A stretch of DNA of 62,724 bases, the filler included, from Dugesia japonica (Eukaryota): assembly GCA_001938525.1 (NCBI GenBank). It is 5 parts of 5 records of this genome, joined end to end, with 100 filler letters (N's around TTAATTAATTAA, not from the genome) between each part and the next. Parts side by side here need not be neighbours in the genome. Positions count along the whole stretch, not along the records: positions 1 to 16,858 come from MQRL01589252.1; 4 more parts are not named here. One strand, written 5' to 3'. The notes under the pieces were generated by a model. That model made no database searches. It saw only the letters and a program-made list of their open reading frames with translations, and had not been told where the DNA came from. Below, in pieces: positions 1 through 12,655 of the stretch. A program made the translations under genes and the position numbers. How positions within the stretch are numbered: the first letter of the stretch is position 1; every line of letters begins with the position of its first letter.

Positions 1-175
1 AAGATAGTATTTTGAAAGAGCTCGAAAAAAGATGATTTGTGCAATTATAAAAGAGATTATTTTGAAAAAGAGCTCAACAAAAGAGAAAAGATGATTTGTG
101 CAATTATAAAAGAGATTATTTAGAAAAAGAGCTCGACAAAAGAGAAAAGATGATTTGTGCAATTATAAAAGAGAC
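1..175. repeat. Tandem repeat, ~59-bp unit, ~3 copies
   Basis: Unit AAAGAGATTATTTTGAAAAAGAGCTC(A/G)ACAAAAGAGAAAAGATGATTTGTGCAATTATA recurs. Confidence 0.85.
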
Positions 176-689
176 GTTTAAAGGTAAAATCAGCTTTCGA
201 AGTAATTGAAGGATTGTACCCAACAATGATACAAAAAGAAAACAATGCAGTCACTTATTTGTTAGCCAATCAAATAAGCAAGTGTAGAGAGACTATTTTC
301 TACACTTAAGTTCATATCGAACGATCTGCGTTCTTCACGTAAAACTGATATTTTAGAAAATAATTCATTTTTAACAATGAATCAAGATTTGATTGATTTA
401 TAAATTATTGATTGTGTTACGCATTATTATTATAAATTAAATTTTGTATAATTAAAAATTTTCGCTTTATAATAAAACATTTCTAATAAAAATCAGAGTA
501 TCTCCATAGCCGGTACGATTGTGTATGCGTAGTGAGTGTTAAACAAAGATGTTTAACTCGTCTCGTTAACTAACGCTTGTCCATTGAAATAATCGATTTT
601 TATAGGCGAGAGTAGTATTTTTCAGGAACCGAGGTTTTCGATTTTGTTTTCTTTCGGTTTTTGATAATAAAAGATTGATTATAAAACTT

Positions 690-900
690 ATTCTACTTCC
701 TCATCAATTTATAATAGTGTTTGAGAAAAACGAAATCTGTAAGAGATTTATCACAGAATCTTGATCGAATTTATGTAGAAAAGCCACTTGAAACACTTAA
801 AACTCTCTCAACCTCAGTTGATGTTGGCTTGATAGACAGTAAGACTTCGAGTTATTTCGGCAAATGTTCTGTATGCTTGCTTTTGTATTCTTAACAAACT
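690..900 (-). mobile_element. hAT transposase C-terminal dimerization-domain remnant
   Basis: Minus-strand translation EVLLSIKPTSTEVERVLSVSSGFST*IRSRFCDKSLTDFVFLKHYY matches the hAT 'P.TS...ER.FS...RSRL' motif. Confidence 0.75.
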
Positions 901-1707
901 CTTGATGAATCCATTTAAATTCGCCTGTTGCTACTGACAAGTAGGAATCTCGTTAATATTTCAATTAAAGCTTCTTTCTAATTTTACAAGACTTGGAAAT
1001 CCAGCCAGTTAAAAAGTGCAAGTTTTGTTTGGTATCGGAAAAGTGCAAATCAATATCAACGAGGTTTGGAACCAGATTTCTTTTAAACTCGGCACGCACT
1101 TCTAGTTATACAGCACACTTTAGCACACTCCAGTGGATATCATAACATAATCTTTTATGAAAAAACTCTTGAATCTTCTCNNNNNNNNNNNNNNNNNNNN
1201 NNNNNNNNNNNNNNNNNNNNNNNNNNNNNNNNNNNNNNNNNNNNNNNNNNNNNNNNNNNNNNNNNNNNNNNNNNNNNNNNNNNNNNNNNNNNNNNNNNNN
1301 NNNNNNACAACAACAAGAACAAAATGAAAAAGAAATAAGTGAACAAATCGAAGTTATTGAGTGTGTTGTTCAGTATTTTCGATCGAAAAATAATCAATAT
1401 GATTTGATAACTGAATTGGTTACAAAACTCTGAAGATTTCACGATTTTATTTCCGACATTTTATCTGTGCTTCTGAACAACAATTATCGATTTAATTTGT
1501 ATAATTTGCTGCCAAATCAAATGAAAAATAATTTACTCAAGATTAAATCGACACAAAACGATAAAAACTTTGAAGTGAGGAAACAACAGAGAACGAGACT
1601 AAGTGTAACCATGGTTATTTATTGTAAATAAATTATAGATCTACGAAAGAAGTTGATATAGAACTTCATAAATATTTAATGTTTGATTTTGCAGTTATAA
1701 AGAAATC

Positions 1708-2232
1708 ATTAATAATTTCAGCCAATAGAAAGTGATTAAAACATTAGGAACCAACTAGATCTCTACACAATTCACAACAGCAAGTAGAAACATGAAGAAT
1801 TACTAATTAGACAAGATAATCCTAAATTCAATGGAATTCATTATTAATTAAATAATTTAATTAAAATTTTAAAGAAAATAAAAATTAACCAATTAAAATT
1901 CAGCTTCGATAAAAAAATTTTTTTTTGTTGTTTTTGATAAGAATTTTAATTTTCGACTTTTTCTTCATCAGGAATTGACTTTTTTGATTAATTCAATATT
2001 TATTCTAACAATAGAAATATTATTTTGAATTAATTTATTTTACTGAATTTTAATTGGTTAATTTATATGTTTTTTAATTTTAATTTTTATAAATTAAAAC
2101 ATTGATTTTAAGATTATCTTGTCTTGAATAATTAGTAATTCTTCATATTTCTACTTGTTTGTTGTGAATTGTGTAAAAATTCAGTCTGTTCCTAATATTT
2201 ACATCACTTTCTATTAGCTGAAATTATTAATT
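1708..2232. repeat. Inverted-repeat (foldback) element with a central Penelope-type terminus
   Basis: ~1708-1895 is the approximate reverse complement of ~2050-2232 (e.g. AATAATTTCAGCCAATAGAAAGTGAT / ATCACTTTCTATTAGCTGAAATTATT). The centre carries a hammerhead-like motif. Confidence 0.8.
1941..1978 (-). ncRNA. Degenerate minimal hammerhead ribozyme
   Basis: Minus strand reads CAATTC CTGATGA A GAAAAAGTC GAAA AT TA AAATTC. Core boxes are intact but helices I and II are mutated relative to the copy at 25513. Confidence 0.55.
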
Positions 2233-2362
2233 ATCTCCCTGTGATGATTTTTTATCAATAAACATTTTGCAATTTTGTAATTAAGAATATTAATATTAAA
2301 ATGCGAATAATAAATTAGATATTTTATACAATCATATAATAATTATGATGAATAATATTTAC

Positions 2363-2994
2363 TTTTTCGGTACTAATTTAAATCTCATTTCAGCTAATTT
2401 TGGATCTTCTTTCAACAACAACATAGCGACAGGAGAATATAAAACACAATGAAATTCAAAATCCGATCCTACTGGTGGATTTCTTGTGAAATTTCTTTCA
2501 TCTGCTGAAACAGAGAGAATTTTAAGTTTCAGATTTTGCTCATCCGTTTCACTGTAATTTAATGCGTCTATCCATGGGAGACATATTTCATTGGTTTTCT
2601 TTTCAAGAGATCTTTTTTCATTTTTAAATTTATTTTGTTCATTAGAAAAATTAGTAATAATATTTCCTCTTTCAATCATATGCATGTTGTTCACATTTTG
2701 ACGCAAACTTTTAGCAGTAGTACTTACTTGTTTTGCTGCAATTGAAGTTGCGGCTTTACCAGCTTCCAATAAATAACCTTTTATATTAATTTACTCATTT
2801 TTATGAAATTAATACTTTTACTAACTTCCCCATTCTGAAGCTTTGTCCGTAACAGAAGTGTTGGAAAGAATTTCATCATGTTCTTTCTCTTCGGCATTAC
2901 TATCATTAACTTCTACACTAATTTCTGGATCCTTTTGTTCAGAAGGATTATTCTCCTTAGATAAATAAGACCAAATTTTAAGATTAGACAACAT
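2363..2994 (-). CDS. SYAP1: Synapse-associated protein 1 / Sap47-like BSD-domain protein, 5' exons (2994-2826 and 2777-2363)
   Basis: LPW...ILSVSADERNFTRNPPVGSDFEF...SPVAMLLLKEDPKLAEMRFKLVPKK closely follows SYAP1. A 48-nt GT-AG intron (2825-2778) joins the exons in frame, and a donor GT follows at 2362. The remaining BSD exons were not found in the window. Confidence 0.88.
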
Positions 2995-3639
2995 AATGCT
3001 AATTAATTAATTATTATTATTAATAATAATATTTACAAATTTAAAATTATACTCAAAAATAAAATTCTATGATATTATTAAAACGAAATTTGGAATTATT
3101 TTAAATAATTAAGAATTGATACTTTAAATTATAAAAGTATTCGTTTTGTTTATTTTACATTTCATCTTGATTTAATATAAATTAAAGTACAGTATTACTA
3201 ATATATTTATTTTAAAAGCTGAAATTATTAAAGTAGACTTCAAACGAACAATAAATTCATTTATTATTTCATTTTATTTAATATCATTGCTCAGAAATAA
3301 AACAATTCTATAGACCAGTAATCGAAAAACTAAAACCCGCGGGCTACGTGCGGTCCATCAGAGTTTTCTATGCAGTTCGCATATACGCACACGTTGAGAT
3401 CTTTGCTAGATCTAAAATTTGCTTGATAAAATATTCGTTTCTTTTTAAAATTAAACTTTTTGAATATAATTCAAATATAGATATATAAATAGACTTAACA
3501 TAAATTTTAAATATTTGCAATTAATTATTAATGTCCATATATTATTAATTTTCAATAAATCAAAACTGGCCGGGTATTTATTTTGAAATAATTTTTTTAT
3601 ATCAATTTTTAAGCGAATATATTATATATATATATAATA

Positions 3640-5470
3640 TAGTCTTCTTCTGCTTTGCTGCGTTCATTGTAAATTCCATTTCTGGTAAAAGATTTGCCCA
3701 ATCTGTTGTCTTTCTTTACTGAAGGGTTGTATTAATCAAATCTCGAATTGTCCTGAACTGTCTCTCAATTTGTCCGTTTGCTTTATGATGATATGAACTC
3801 GAAAAGCAAAGTTTAATATCTAGCTTCAGTGCAAACTCTCTTATAACTCTGGATTCAAAAGCTTTTTCACAATCTAATCTTATCTCTCTTGGACATCAAA
3901 ATATCAGTATCAACCTTTCAAAAATAGCTTTTCCTATTGTTTCCTCGTCTTGTCTAGGCAATGGTATAAGAACTAGATATTTATTGTATGGTCGATTATT
4001 CTAAGAATGTATTTTTTCCGTCCACTTGTTTCCCGCATTGGCTCACATATGTCTGTGAATATAACTTCAAACAAATTGGTAGTTTCTAATCCCTTTATCT
4101 TCTCTTTAGTTGCTATTGTCACTACTTTGGTCTTCTGACCAATTTCACAACTACGAACTATCTTCTGGTTTTTACTGCACAAATTCTTTGCAATATATTT
4201 GTTTCTCATATATTCGTACACTTTTTCAACTCCTGCACGACATAATAATTTATGTATTTCTTCTATTGTTTCACGTAGGTTGTCATAGTCATACAACCTC
4301 ACACATACCTCACATCTTGGTCTAGATAACATATCTGCATTACTATGTTGAATTCCTTTTCTATATATCAAAACCATGTCTAAATTGCTCAGATAATTAA
4401 TCCATGTCTGGAATTGTGATGTAATTGGTTTCTTTGTTGTAATCATGAAAGTTAGAGCTTTGTGATCTGTTCTAAGAGTAAATCTTCTGTTGGGTATTCG
4501 AACTCAACAAAAGATTTTATGGTTCGTTAATAATAAATAAGTTATTCACAATTTGGGTGTTTAATATATGTATGTAATACGATATTATATAGTTGCAATA
4601 TTTTACAGAAAATTATANNNNNNNNNNNNNNNNNNNNNNNNNNNNNNNNNNNNNNNNNNNNNNNNNNNNNNNNNNNNNNNNNNNNNNGATGTATAAAACA
4701 ATATTCGTACAGTATTCCTTACAGACTATAACGCTAATATTAATTATGTGAACGACTGCCGCCCTTAGAGCTTGGAGTGTTCAATAATTTGAAGTCTGTT
4801 TTTACAATAAAACAGATTAGTATTTATACTAATCTAACACAAGTANNNNNNNNNNNNNNNNNNNNNNNNNNNNNNNNNNNNNNNNNNNNNNNNNNNNNNN
4901 NNNNNNNNNNNNNATTCATTTAAACATTTTTACAAAAATAATTATTTGAAACTAAAACTTTTACCCATTAACTTTACAATAAAAATCCAATAAATTCCAT
5001 GAATTATAAAAATAAAATAAATAAAATGTTCAATTCAAATAGGTCAGATAGATAAAACAATCAAATAATAAATAAGTCCAATTGATTTGAATTGAATCTA
5101 CTTGGGATTTGAACTTGACAGATTGATTTCTATTAGCTCTGCTTTGGGATTCTGCCTGATATACGTTGAGTATGCATGTTGTGTTATATTCTGCATGGTT
5201 GTGTATGTGTGTTATGTATGCCTGTAAACTCAACACTTCTACTGTACAAGTAATGTTTGAAATGAATACAGAAATAATAAACAGCCAATAAATCCTTTCG
5301 TATAATGCGGTATCCTTTTTCATGACTTGTCATTGAGTGTAATCCATTTCTCTGTTTATGCCCGGAAAACACAATATTGGTGCAGTCATTAGAGATTTTT
5401 TCAGACCCTCAAAAGTATCGTTTATTTCATCTGTCCATTCTAATTTCTTCTTGCTTGGTCCGCTACACAA
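3640..5470 (-). mobile_element. Ty3/Gypsy pol remnant (RNase H + integrase), interrupted by a solo LTR
   Basis: LLAVYYFCIHFKHYLYS|RRFTLRTDHKALTF...YRKGIQHSNADMLSRP, zinc-finger remnant, DIC.P...KKYIL.IIDH and YHHKANGQIERQFRTIR. Confidence 0.9.
4488..5235. mobile_element. Solo LTR with 4-bp target-site duplication
   Basis: Ends are TGTTG...CAACA, flanked by CTTC at 4484-4487 and 5236-5239. Removing it restores the Gypsy RNase H frame. Confidence 0.85.
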
Positions 5471-5753
5471 CTACTCTAATATCAACTGCACATCAATAAC
5501 ATTATTTGATCATTTGATTATAACATTATTTGATTATTTGATCTTGTATGATGGGTGATCTGTTATTATCAACCCTATTTGATCATGTAAATTAGTTGCA
5601 TTATTATCATCTCTTTTCATTTTTACTGTATTATTTTATTATTAATTTTCAAACTATGGCAATTTTAGACAGTGTTTTGGATTATTTTTTTACTTAACCT
5701 TTTATTTTATTTATAAAAATTGTAGTAATCAAAATCTATGTAAAAAATCTCAT

Positions 5754-6250
5754 TGTTTGATGAGTTTTGAGAACTCGGATTATCAACATCAAAATTCAAT
5801 TCCATAAAATTTATTTCAAATACAAACTATTCTTAACATTATTTGTTTATTTAAACAAATAAATATCCTATGTTTTTATTGGTGATCATTTTTCAAAATT
5901 GAAAACAGTAATTTATTTATTTAAATTTAATTTAATTTTTTCAAAACATTTTATTTATTTTTTAAAAATTTCAGATATATTTCCGTTTACTCAAAAGTTT
6001 TAATTTATTATTAAAAAAAATATTTGTTATTTAAATTCTTCATAAATAATTTAAATCTTTCTTATAAGCAAAAGATTTAAAAAATATGATCAACAATCAC
6101 ACAACAATTTTAACTCGCTTTTCTAAACACACTTACACCCCCCTTTCAAAGAAATTTTTCGATCTTCTCTACGTTTCTTTCGAGACTTTTTCATTTGTAT
6201 CTTCCAGGATGTAACGTCTGTCGCGAACCTATTCTTTGATCTTATATAGT
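5754..6250 (-). mobile_element. Gypsy 3' end: integrase tail, polypurine tract and LTR (LTR 5754-6137)
   Basis: Minus strand shows ERNVEKIEKF, then AAAGGGGGG, then TGTAAG...CA. The same LTR recurs at 44173-44581 and partly near 62560-62605. Confidence 0.8.
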
Positions 6251-6949
6251 TCTTCAAAACGTGAGTATATTCTTTAGGTCAGTAGATATTACTGAGATCT
6301 GTTTTTAAATTATATAGGAGCAGGTGGCTTGAAGACGTTATCCCAAAAATTTGGATTTATTTTTAATCTTTTATTAAAATCAATTTCTAATTTTCTTTAT
6401 AGTTAATAAAAGTTTATTAAAAACAAACGTGTTTTCTAAATTGATATTTTTATTTACTATATTGTTATTGTTATTTATTATATAAATAAATAAATAAGGT
6501 TATACTTACACGCCTATTAATTAATTTGGAGTCAGATAATTTCTTGTTAGGTACCTATACCCACTAGGATCTAACAGTAATGTTGAGATGAAACACCAAG
6601 TGAGGGAAGCAAATCAAGAAGGGACCCCAAGACGAGGATAAAAGAAGAAAATAATACCGGAAAACTCATAACAAGGACTATACAGTAATTAATAATGATT
6701 TCAAAATAATTAGAAAGAAATAATAATTGCAATAAATCCAATTAGAAATATGTACTAAGAAATTTTGAGATTCGAGTTAGAATAATGGTTACAGACGTGG
6801 TTTTTAAGAAATTAACAAATGAAGAAATTGCGAGACCATTTATTCTAAAGGATTTCAGAGGAAAAAAACTATGTGGATCCTTTGCCCTTGACTCATTCAT
6901 GTCTGCCAGAGAATTTTCAACGAATTTAGAAATATTGGTTCCATATCAG

Positions 6950-7730
6950 ATAGAAAGAATATTTCACATATTCTCAGAGTTGCAGTGATGTACGCGTATG
7001 GTATGGTTTGGCATAATAGTAAAAGAAGTAATTTAATAGCCTACACATTAAAACTCTCGCTTATAATCAATAAATCTATTCTTAGAGGTGATTTAGGAAC
7101 TTTTACCTGGATCTTTATTCATAAAGCATGCACAAACAAACTCCTAATAATTACTCGTCCATTCAACATTAATTTTGACAAAATGAAATGAAGACGTTAT
7201 TCAATAGCAAGGAATCCATGTGTCATGTTCTTCAGCATTTCACCCCTAACATGTCGCTTATTAAAGAAAGACATGATAAGTGTTTAAACATAATTGTTGA
7301 TCGTATCTCATCTCCTGATTTTATTGTAGATGTAGACAAAACTTTCTCTTTTGCTCCTGGTTCTTTAGAATGCGTAGATCTTGTAATTACTAATTTTGAA
7401 AATCAAACTATCTATTTAGTTGACATTAAATGTCCCATTGACTTTATAGATAATTTCAAGACGGCTGATTAAAATAACCTACAAAAATAAAATGATTTAA
7501 AGGAAACAATTAAAAAAATTAAATCAGGATTAAAGTTACATTGCTGACTTTTTTATGGTTCATTGGGTACAGTAATTCCATCTACAAAAAATGTTCTTTC
7601 TGAAATTGGTATCTTAAAAAATAAAGTATCAAGCATTTTGACAAAATACGCAATATCAAACATAGAAAATTCGGGAAAAATTTGGAATTTTTATTTGACG
7701 AGGAAATATTTAAACTTCTTGAGAAGTCAT
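6950..7730 (+). mobile_element. Non-LTR retrotransposon remnant with restriction-like endonuclease (R2/NeSL-type)
   Basis: FIHKACTNKL...ESMCHVLQH...IKERHDKCL...VDLVI...IYLVDIKCPID corresponds to the CCHC/RHD/PD-(D/E)xK motifs of RLE retrotransposons. Confidence 0.8.
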
Positions 7731-7949
7731 GAAACCAGCAAGTGATTAGTAAACTTCAATATTATAATCAACGTTCAAAACGAAGACATTATGAGCACCA
7801 AATGAATTCAATAAATTTTAAATCTTCAGGAAATAGAAATCAATCTGAAAAATTAACTGCATATAACGATCGAAATAAAAACTTTTTACAATCGAGCAAT
7901 AATCAGAATTTTTCTCATCAAGCTATTAGACCAATGAAGAGGATTGCAA

Positions 7950-9380
7950 TGAAATTCTACTAGCACATCCACGTGATAAAACTTTACAACAAAATGCTTG
8001 CTTTTGTTGTGGTAATATGAGTCAGAGATATGCTATCGAGACCAGGTTAGGAGCCATGTGTTCTATATCAGACGATACATAAGGATGCAATGAAAGGAAA
8101 GATAAAAATTAGAATAATGAATGAAATTTCAGAAGATTTCGAGGTAAAGCTAAAAAAACGAAACAGAAAAAGGTAAAACAAACACAAAAATTTGTATTGT
8201 AGAAGTGCAAATGAAAGATAAGATTCAAGAGATAGATAAGTTATTGTGTCGCGCGGGTGTGGAAGAGACACAAGAATATATGAAGAAAAGTTTGCAAGAC
8301 TACATTTGAGACAACGGATTCTGGAAGTTGTGCGTAGCTGTGAAATCTGTCAGAGAACTTAAGCGGAGACCTTGTCTACGAAAGAACTAACAATGAAATT
8401 GGAGACGTTTAGTTGTTTCGACATAGTGCATGTAGACATTTGTGGACCATGGAGAGAGACAAAAGGCAGAAAGAAATATATACTGGCAATGATTGATCAG
8501 TATAGTAAGTATATAGTAGTGGTAGCATTATCACTTCAAGATAAAGAAGTAGTTATAGAGTTAACTTTTTAAGAATTAAATCTTGTGATTTGGATGCCCC
8601 AAAAAGTTGCGATCACATTGCGGGAAGGTATTTGAATGAAAGGTGGTGACAGAATTTGCAGAGAAATTTGATATCGGATTACAAACATCAAGCCCGTATC
8701 ATCATAATACAAACGGACAGATTGAGAGACAGTTTTTTACTATACGACTGCTACAATGAAAGAAAGAGGGAAACAGACTGGGCAGATATTCTACCAGAAA
8801 TAGAATTCGCAATAAACGCAAGGAAACAAAAGACTACACAAATGAGCCCTGCACAATTAGTATTTCGAAGACATATTAGTAGAGAAAGATGGTATTAGAA
8901 TAAGGGTATCGGTGATATTAAAGAGAGGAGACAAATTCAAACAAAAAGACAGTTCAAAATAAGTGATCAGGTTTTAGTCAAAGCAGAAGTCAGAGATAAG
9001 AATCCGGACAGATTTGTAGGACCATATCAAGTCATCGGGAAGGTTCGTGAGAGAAGATATGTTCTTGAAGCAGAGAACGGCAAGAGGATCGAGAGAAATA
9101 TAGAAAAATTAAAAACATTCTTAAATGAGGGAGATATAAGTGAAACTTTTAAAAATGTTTTAAAAGGAGAATTTTTTACATTGTTTTAATATTTGAGATT
9201 TATAAAGTTGTTTGGCAAAAATTTGTATTTTGAGATATTTTTTATATTTTTATAAAGTTTTTTCATTGTAATTTATTTGTAATTTAAGTGTTGCTTTATT
9301 TTTTAATCAAGTTGTAAATTATTTGTAATCAATAATAATATTTATTTATAATATATTTTAATCAAAAGATTTTTGATCCT
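7950..9380 (+). mobile_element. Gypsy integrase remnant with PPT and probable LTR
   Basis: FDIVHVDICGPW...KYILAMIDQYSKY; SPYHHNTNGQIER; WADILPEIEFAIN; FVGPYQV; ends ERNIEKLK followed by AAATGAGGGAGA. Confidence 0.85.
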
Positions 9381-9539
9381 TGTTTTCAGTAATTCTTTTG
9401 TAATGGATACAAAAGAAGAAAATATTATTAATGAGGTGCGTATTCCTCTCAAATTAGATTAATAAATGTGATAGAAAAGAGAAAGATGAGATGAATTATG
9501 AAGAATTTAAAATGTTTCAGAAGTTAGATGGACGACAAT

Positions 9540-10640
9540 GGAGTATTATGAATTGTAATGGCTGTAATATTGAAATGTTGTGAGATTTTGGAGCATCAAT
9601 AACAGTGATGAGTGAAGAAAATTGGATCCAAATTGGTGCACCTAGTATAATAAAGTCAGAAGTTAAATTGTCAGGAATTTTTTCTTCAAAGCTTGAATCA
9701 AGTCTTGGTAAGATATTTATACAAATTGTATGGAAATAAAACCTTTGATGAAAGACATTTTGGATGTTAAACGTATTTCTCCTGGTTTTATTAGTAGAAT
9801 CGATTTGATGGAATTATGTGTAGTATTCTTGGCATAAGTAAAATTGATTGATTCTTCTGAAATAAATACAACATATACATATTGTGATCATGTTAAGACG
9901 GCATTAAACTATGTTGCTCATAGAACTCCATTTATTGAAAACCTTATTAAAAAATATGGAACAACTTTTATGGCATCCAAATTTGATTTAGAAATCACTA
10001 CATTGATTAAGCACCATGTTAACACAAAAGGACTTCCGATTTCTCAAAATCCAAGAAGACAACCAATGCATTTAGAAAATAAAGTTTAATAATTTTAGAA
10101 TAAAAAATTATAAGATCACGGAGTTCTCCTTTAGTACCAAAGAAAGATGATGCAATCCGAATGTGTTTGGATTTTTGACGATTGAATGAAGTAACTGAAA
10201 AATATCTTTTCCAATGTCTGATATAAACACGCTTTTGGATAACTTAAATGGATCAACTATTTTTTCATCTATAGACTTAGGACAAACTTATTATCAATTT
10301 GTGTTAGACGAAGATTCACAAATGAAAACAACTTTTAGTACAAAAATTGGGCAATTCTGCTTTAACCGGTTGCCCTTCGGTTTATGTATAACGTTGGCAA
10401 CTTTGCAGAGTTTAATGAATTTGATTTTTAAAAGGAATACTGTATAAAGGTGTAATTGTTTATTTAGATGATATTTTAGTTTATGTAAGAACTGTCGATG
10501 AACATAATCAAAGATTAGAAAAAGCATTTGAATTAATTAAAGCATCAAAATTCAAAGTTAATCCAGTAAAGTGTGTATTTGGAACTGATAAATTGAATTT
10601 TTTGGGACACACAATTAGTCAAAAAGGAATTCTTAACTAA
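9540..10640 (+). mobile_element. Gypsy protease and reverse transcriptase remnant
   Basis: DFGASITV (protease), IFSSIDLGQTYYQ, RLPFGL and VYLDDILV (~10458-10481); many stops and frameshifts. Confidence 0.9.
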
Positions 10641-10780
10641 ACACCATGATGGTAAAGGGAATAAATCTAAAAATTGATTTATAAACAGTTTAAATGAAAA
10701 TTTATCTTATGACAAAAATATTGAAGAGTTATAAAAATTCATTAAAAATAAAAGCTTATATCAAAATTGTTTTTTAGATT

Positions 10781-10859
10781 GATTCGATATTTTGACTTTG
10801 TCTTCGTCAGGAATTGACATTTTAAATTCGTGACGAAGACAAAGTCGATATATTGAATC
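10781..10859. ncRNA. Hairpin made of two inverted, mutated minimal hammerhead motifs
   Basis: Minus strand: CAATTC CTGACGA A GAC AAA GTC AAAA TA TC GAATC. Plus strand: AATTC GTGACGA A GAC AAA GTC GATA TA TT GAATC. The arms are near-perfect reverse complements. Confidence 0.6.
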
Positions 10860-10865
10860 GGTGAC

Positions 10866-11016
10866 CAGACAATTCGACACATGACGATTCGACACATGAC
10901 AAATCGAAACATAGACAAATCGACACAGACAAATCGACACAAAGACAAATCGACAAACAGAAAAATCGACACATAGACAAATCGACACAAAGACAATTCG
11001 AACCATAGACAAATCA
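10866..11016. repeat. 14-16 bp tandem repeat (AGACAAATCGACAC), probably a transposon subterminal array
   Basis: About 10 near-identical units following GGTGACC. Confidence 0.85.
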
Positions 11017-11089
11017 ACAAATTTTTAATAATTTATAAATTTTTAATGTTTTTTATTATTTTTAATAATTTTTACTGGCAATTATAATA

Positions 11090-12192
11090 AATCATTTGGT
11101 ATAATTTTTATTAATGAATTATTTATGTATCATTTTTAATCGTGAATTTTTTTGGTATAATTTTTAATCATGAATTTTTTTGGTATATATTTCAATCATG
11201 AATTTTTTTGGTATAATTTTTCCTAATGAATTATTTTGGTATAATTTTTAATCGTGAATTGTTTTGGTATAAATTTTAATCGTGAATTTTCTTGGTATAA
11301 TTTTTAATCATGAATATTTTTAGTATAATTTTTGAATTTTCTACAGTAAGAATTATTTGTATTTAAATTTTCAAAAACATACCCTCTCATAACTAATTCA
11401 ACAATATGATGCTAGAGCAGGCTTCCCTCATACCCCAATTTAACCATTACTATTTTTAGGGGGAATTATTTCCACGGGGAAATTATTGCATGAACCCTAA
11501 TTTTTCATAATGAATTTGTTTGGTATAACTTTTATTATAATGTTTGGTATTTTTTTTAATAATCGACAGTAATAATTTTATAATATTTGCAAGAGATAGT
11601 TTCAAGCGTTGTGCAGGGATATCAAGGGGAACAGGATAAGCCGAAATATTGGAGAAGATTAGCCAACTTGCAGTAGTAACACGTTAAGATAAAGCAGTGA
11701 TTACTGTATAATATAATTCAAAGAATAAAAATTTTTCTCGTAGTGTCAAATCTTCAAATCATTTACATTTTTTAGGTCAAATGTTGATTTTTAAGTGTAT
11801 TTTATATTTTACTTATATTATTATATCAGTTATTTTATCTTACATGTAATTTGACAAATTTATAAAATACATGTGTGTTAATCTTATTGAAATAAAAAAG
11901 ATTATTTATAAATAAAATTATTTTAACAAATGTCAATCTGAATTAAAATAAAAATACATTATTAAAAATTATATCAAAATATTTCACCTTGGAAGTAATT
12001 TCCCCTTGGCAATAATTTCATCCTGGAAATAGTAATGGTTAAATTGGGGTATGAGGGAAGCCTACTCTAGCATCATATTGTTGAATTAGCTATGAGAGGG
12101 TATGTTTTTTAAAATTTAAATATAAATAATTCTTACTGTAGAAAATTGAAAAATTATACTAAAAGAATTCATTATTAAAATTTTACCAAAAA
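11090..12192. repeat. ~30-bp tandem repeats (11090-11330) plus a ~200-bp inverted repeat pair (~11290-11490 / ~11990-12192)
   Basis: TTTGGTATAATTTTTAATC(A/G)TGAA units; GCTAGAGCAGGCTTCCCTCATACCCCAATT is inverted to AATTGGGGTATGAGGGAAGCCTACTCTAGC. Confidence 0.8.
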
Positions 12193-12655
12193 ACGATCAA
12201 TAGTTAAGTCCAACAATTATTCTCGCAATAATTGCAATTGTAAAAGAGTTATAAAAACTTAATAATCGCCAATGACTGTAATTTTTAACTAATCTCTCTA
12301 TTGATAATCTTTATTATGAAATAATAACTATTTTGACGATTGCTATTATTAAATAATCGCTACTTTATGATAATTTCTATAAAGTAGTCGCTGTTTATAG
12401 ATACAATTAGAAACTCCGGAAAATCAAATTCTAATCGCCTGTAAACTCAAACAATCCGTGATTGAATATTCTCATTTCTTTTAAAAATTCATCAACATAA
12501 TCGATTCAGGATTTCATAAAATTAAATAATTTTGCCATTTGAAATAATCGCTATTTTGTGATCGCCATTATAAGCGTAAACCCGTCTTCACAGGTTCCTA
12601 AATGAAAATATTAAATAATAAAAATAAATAAATACAATTACTTGAAACGGATATA

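Noticed and set aside
10866-11016. Short regular repeats resembling a CRISPR array, plus overlapping ORFs 10742-11020 and 10761-11012
   Set aside because: Contiguous 14-16 bp units with no unique spacers, no cas genes and a eukaryotic context; the ORFs are by-products of the repeat.
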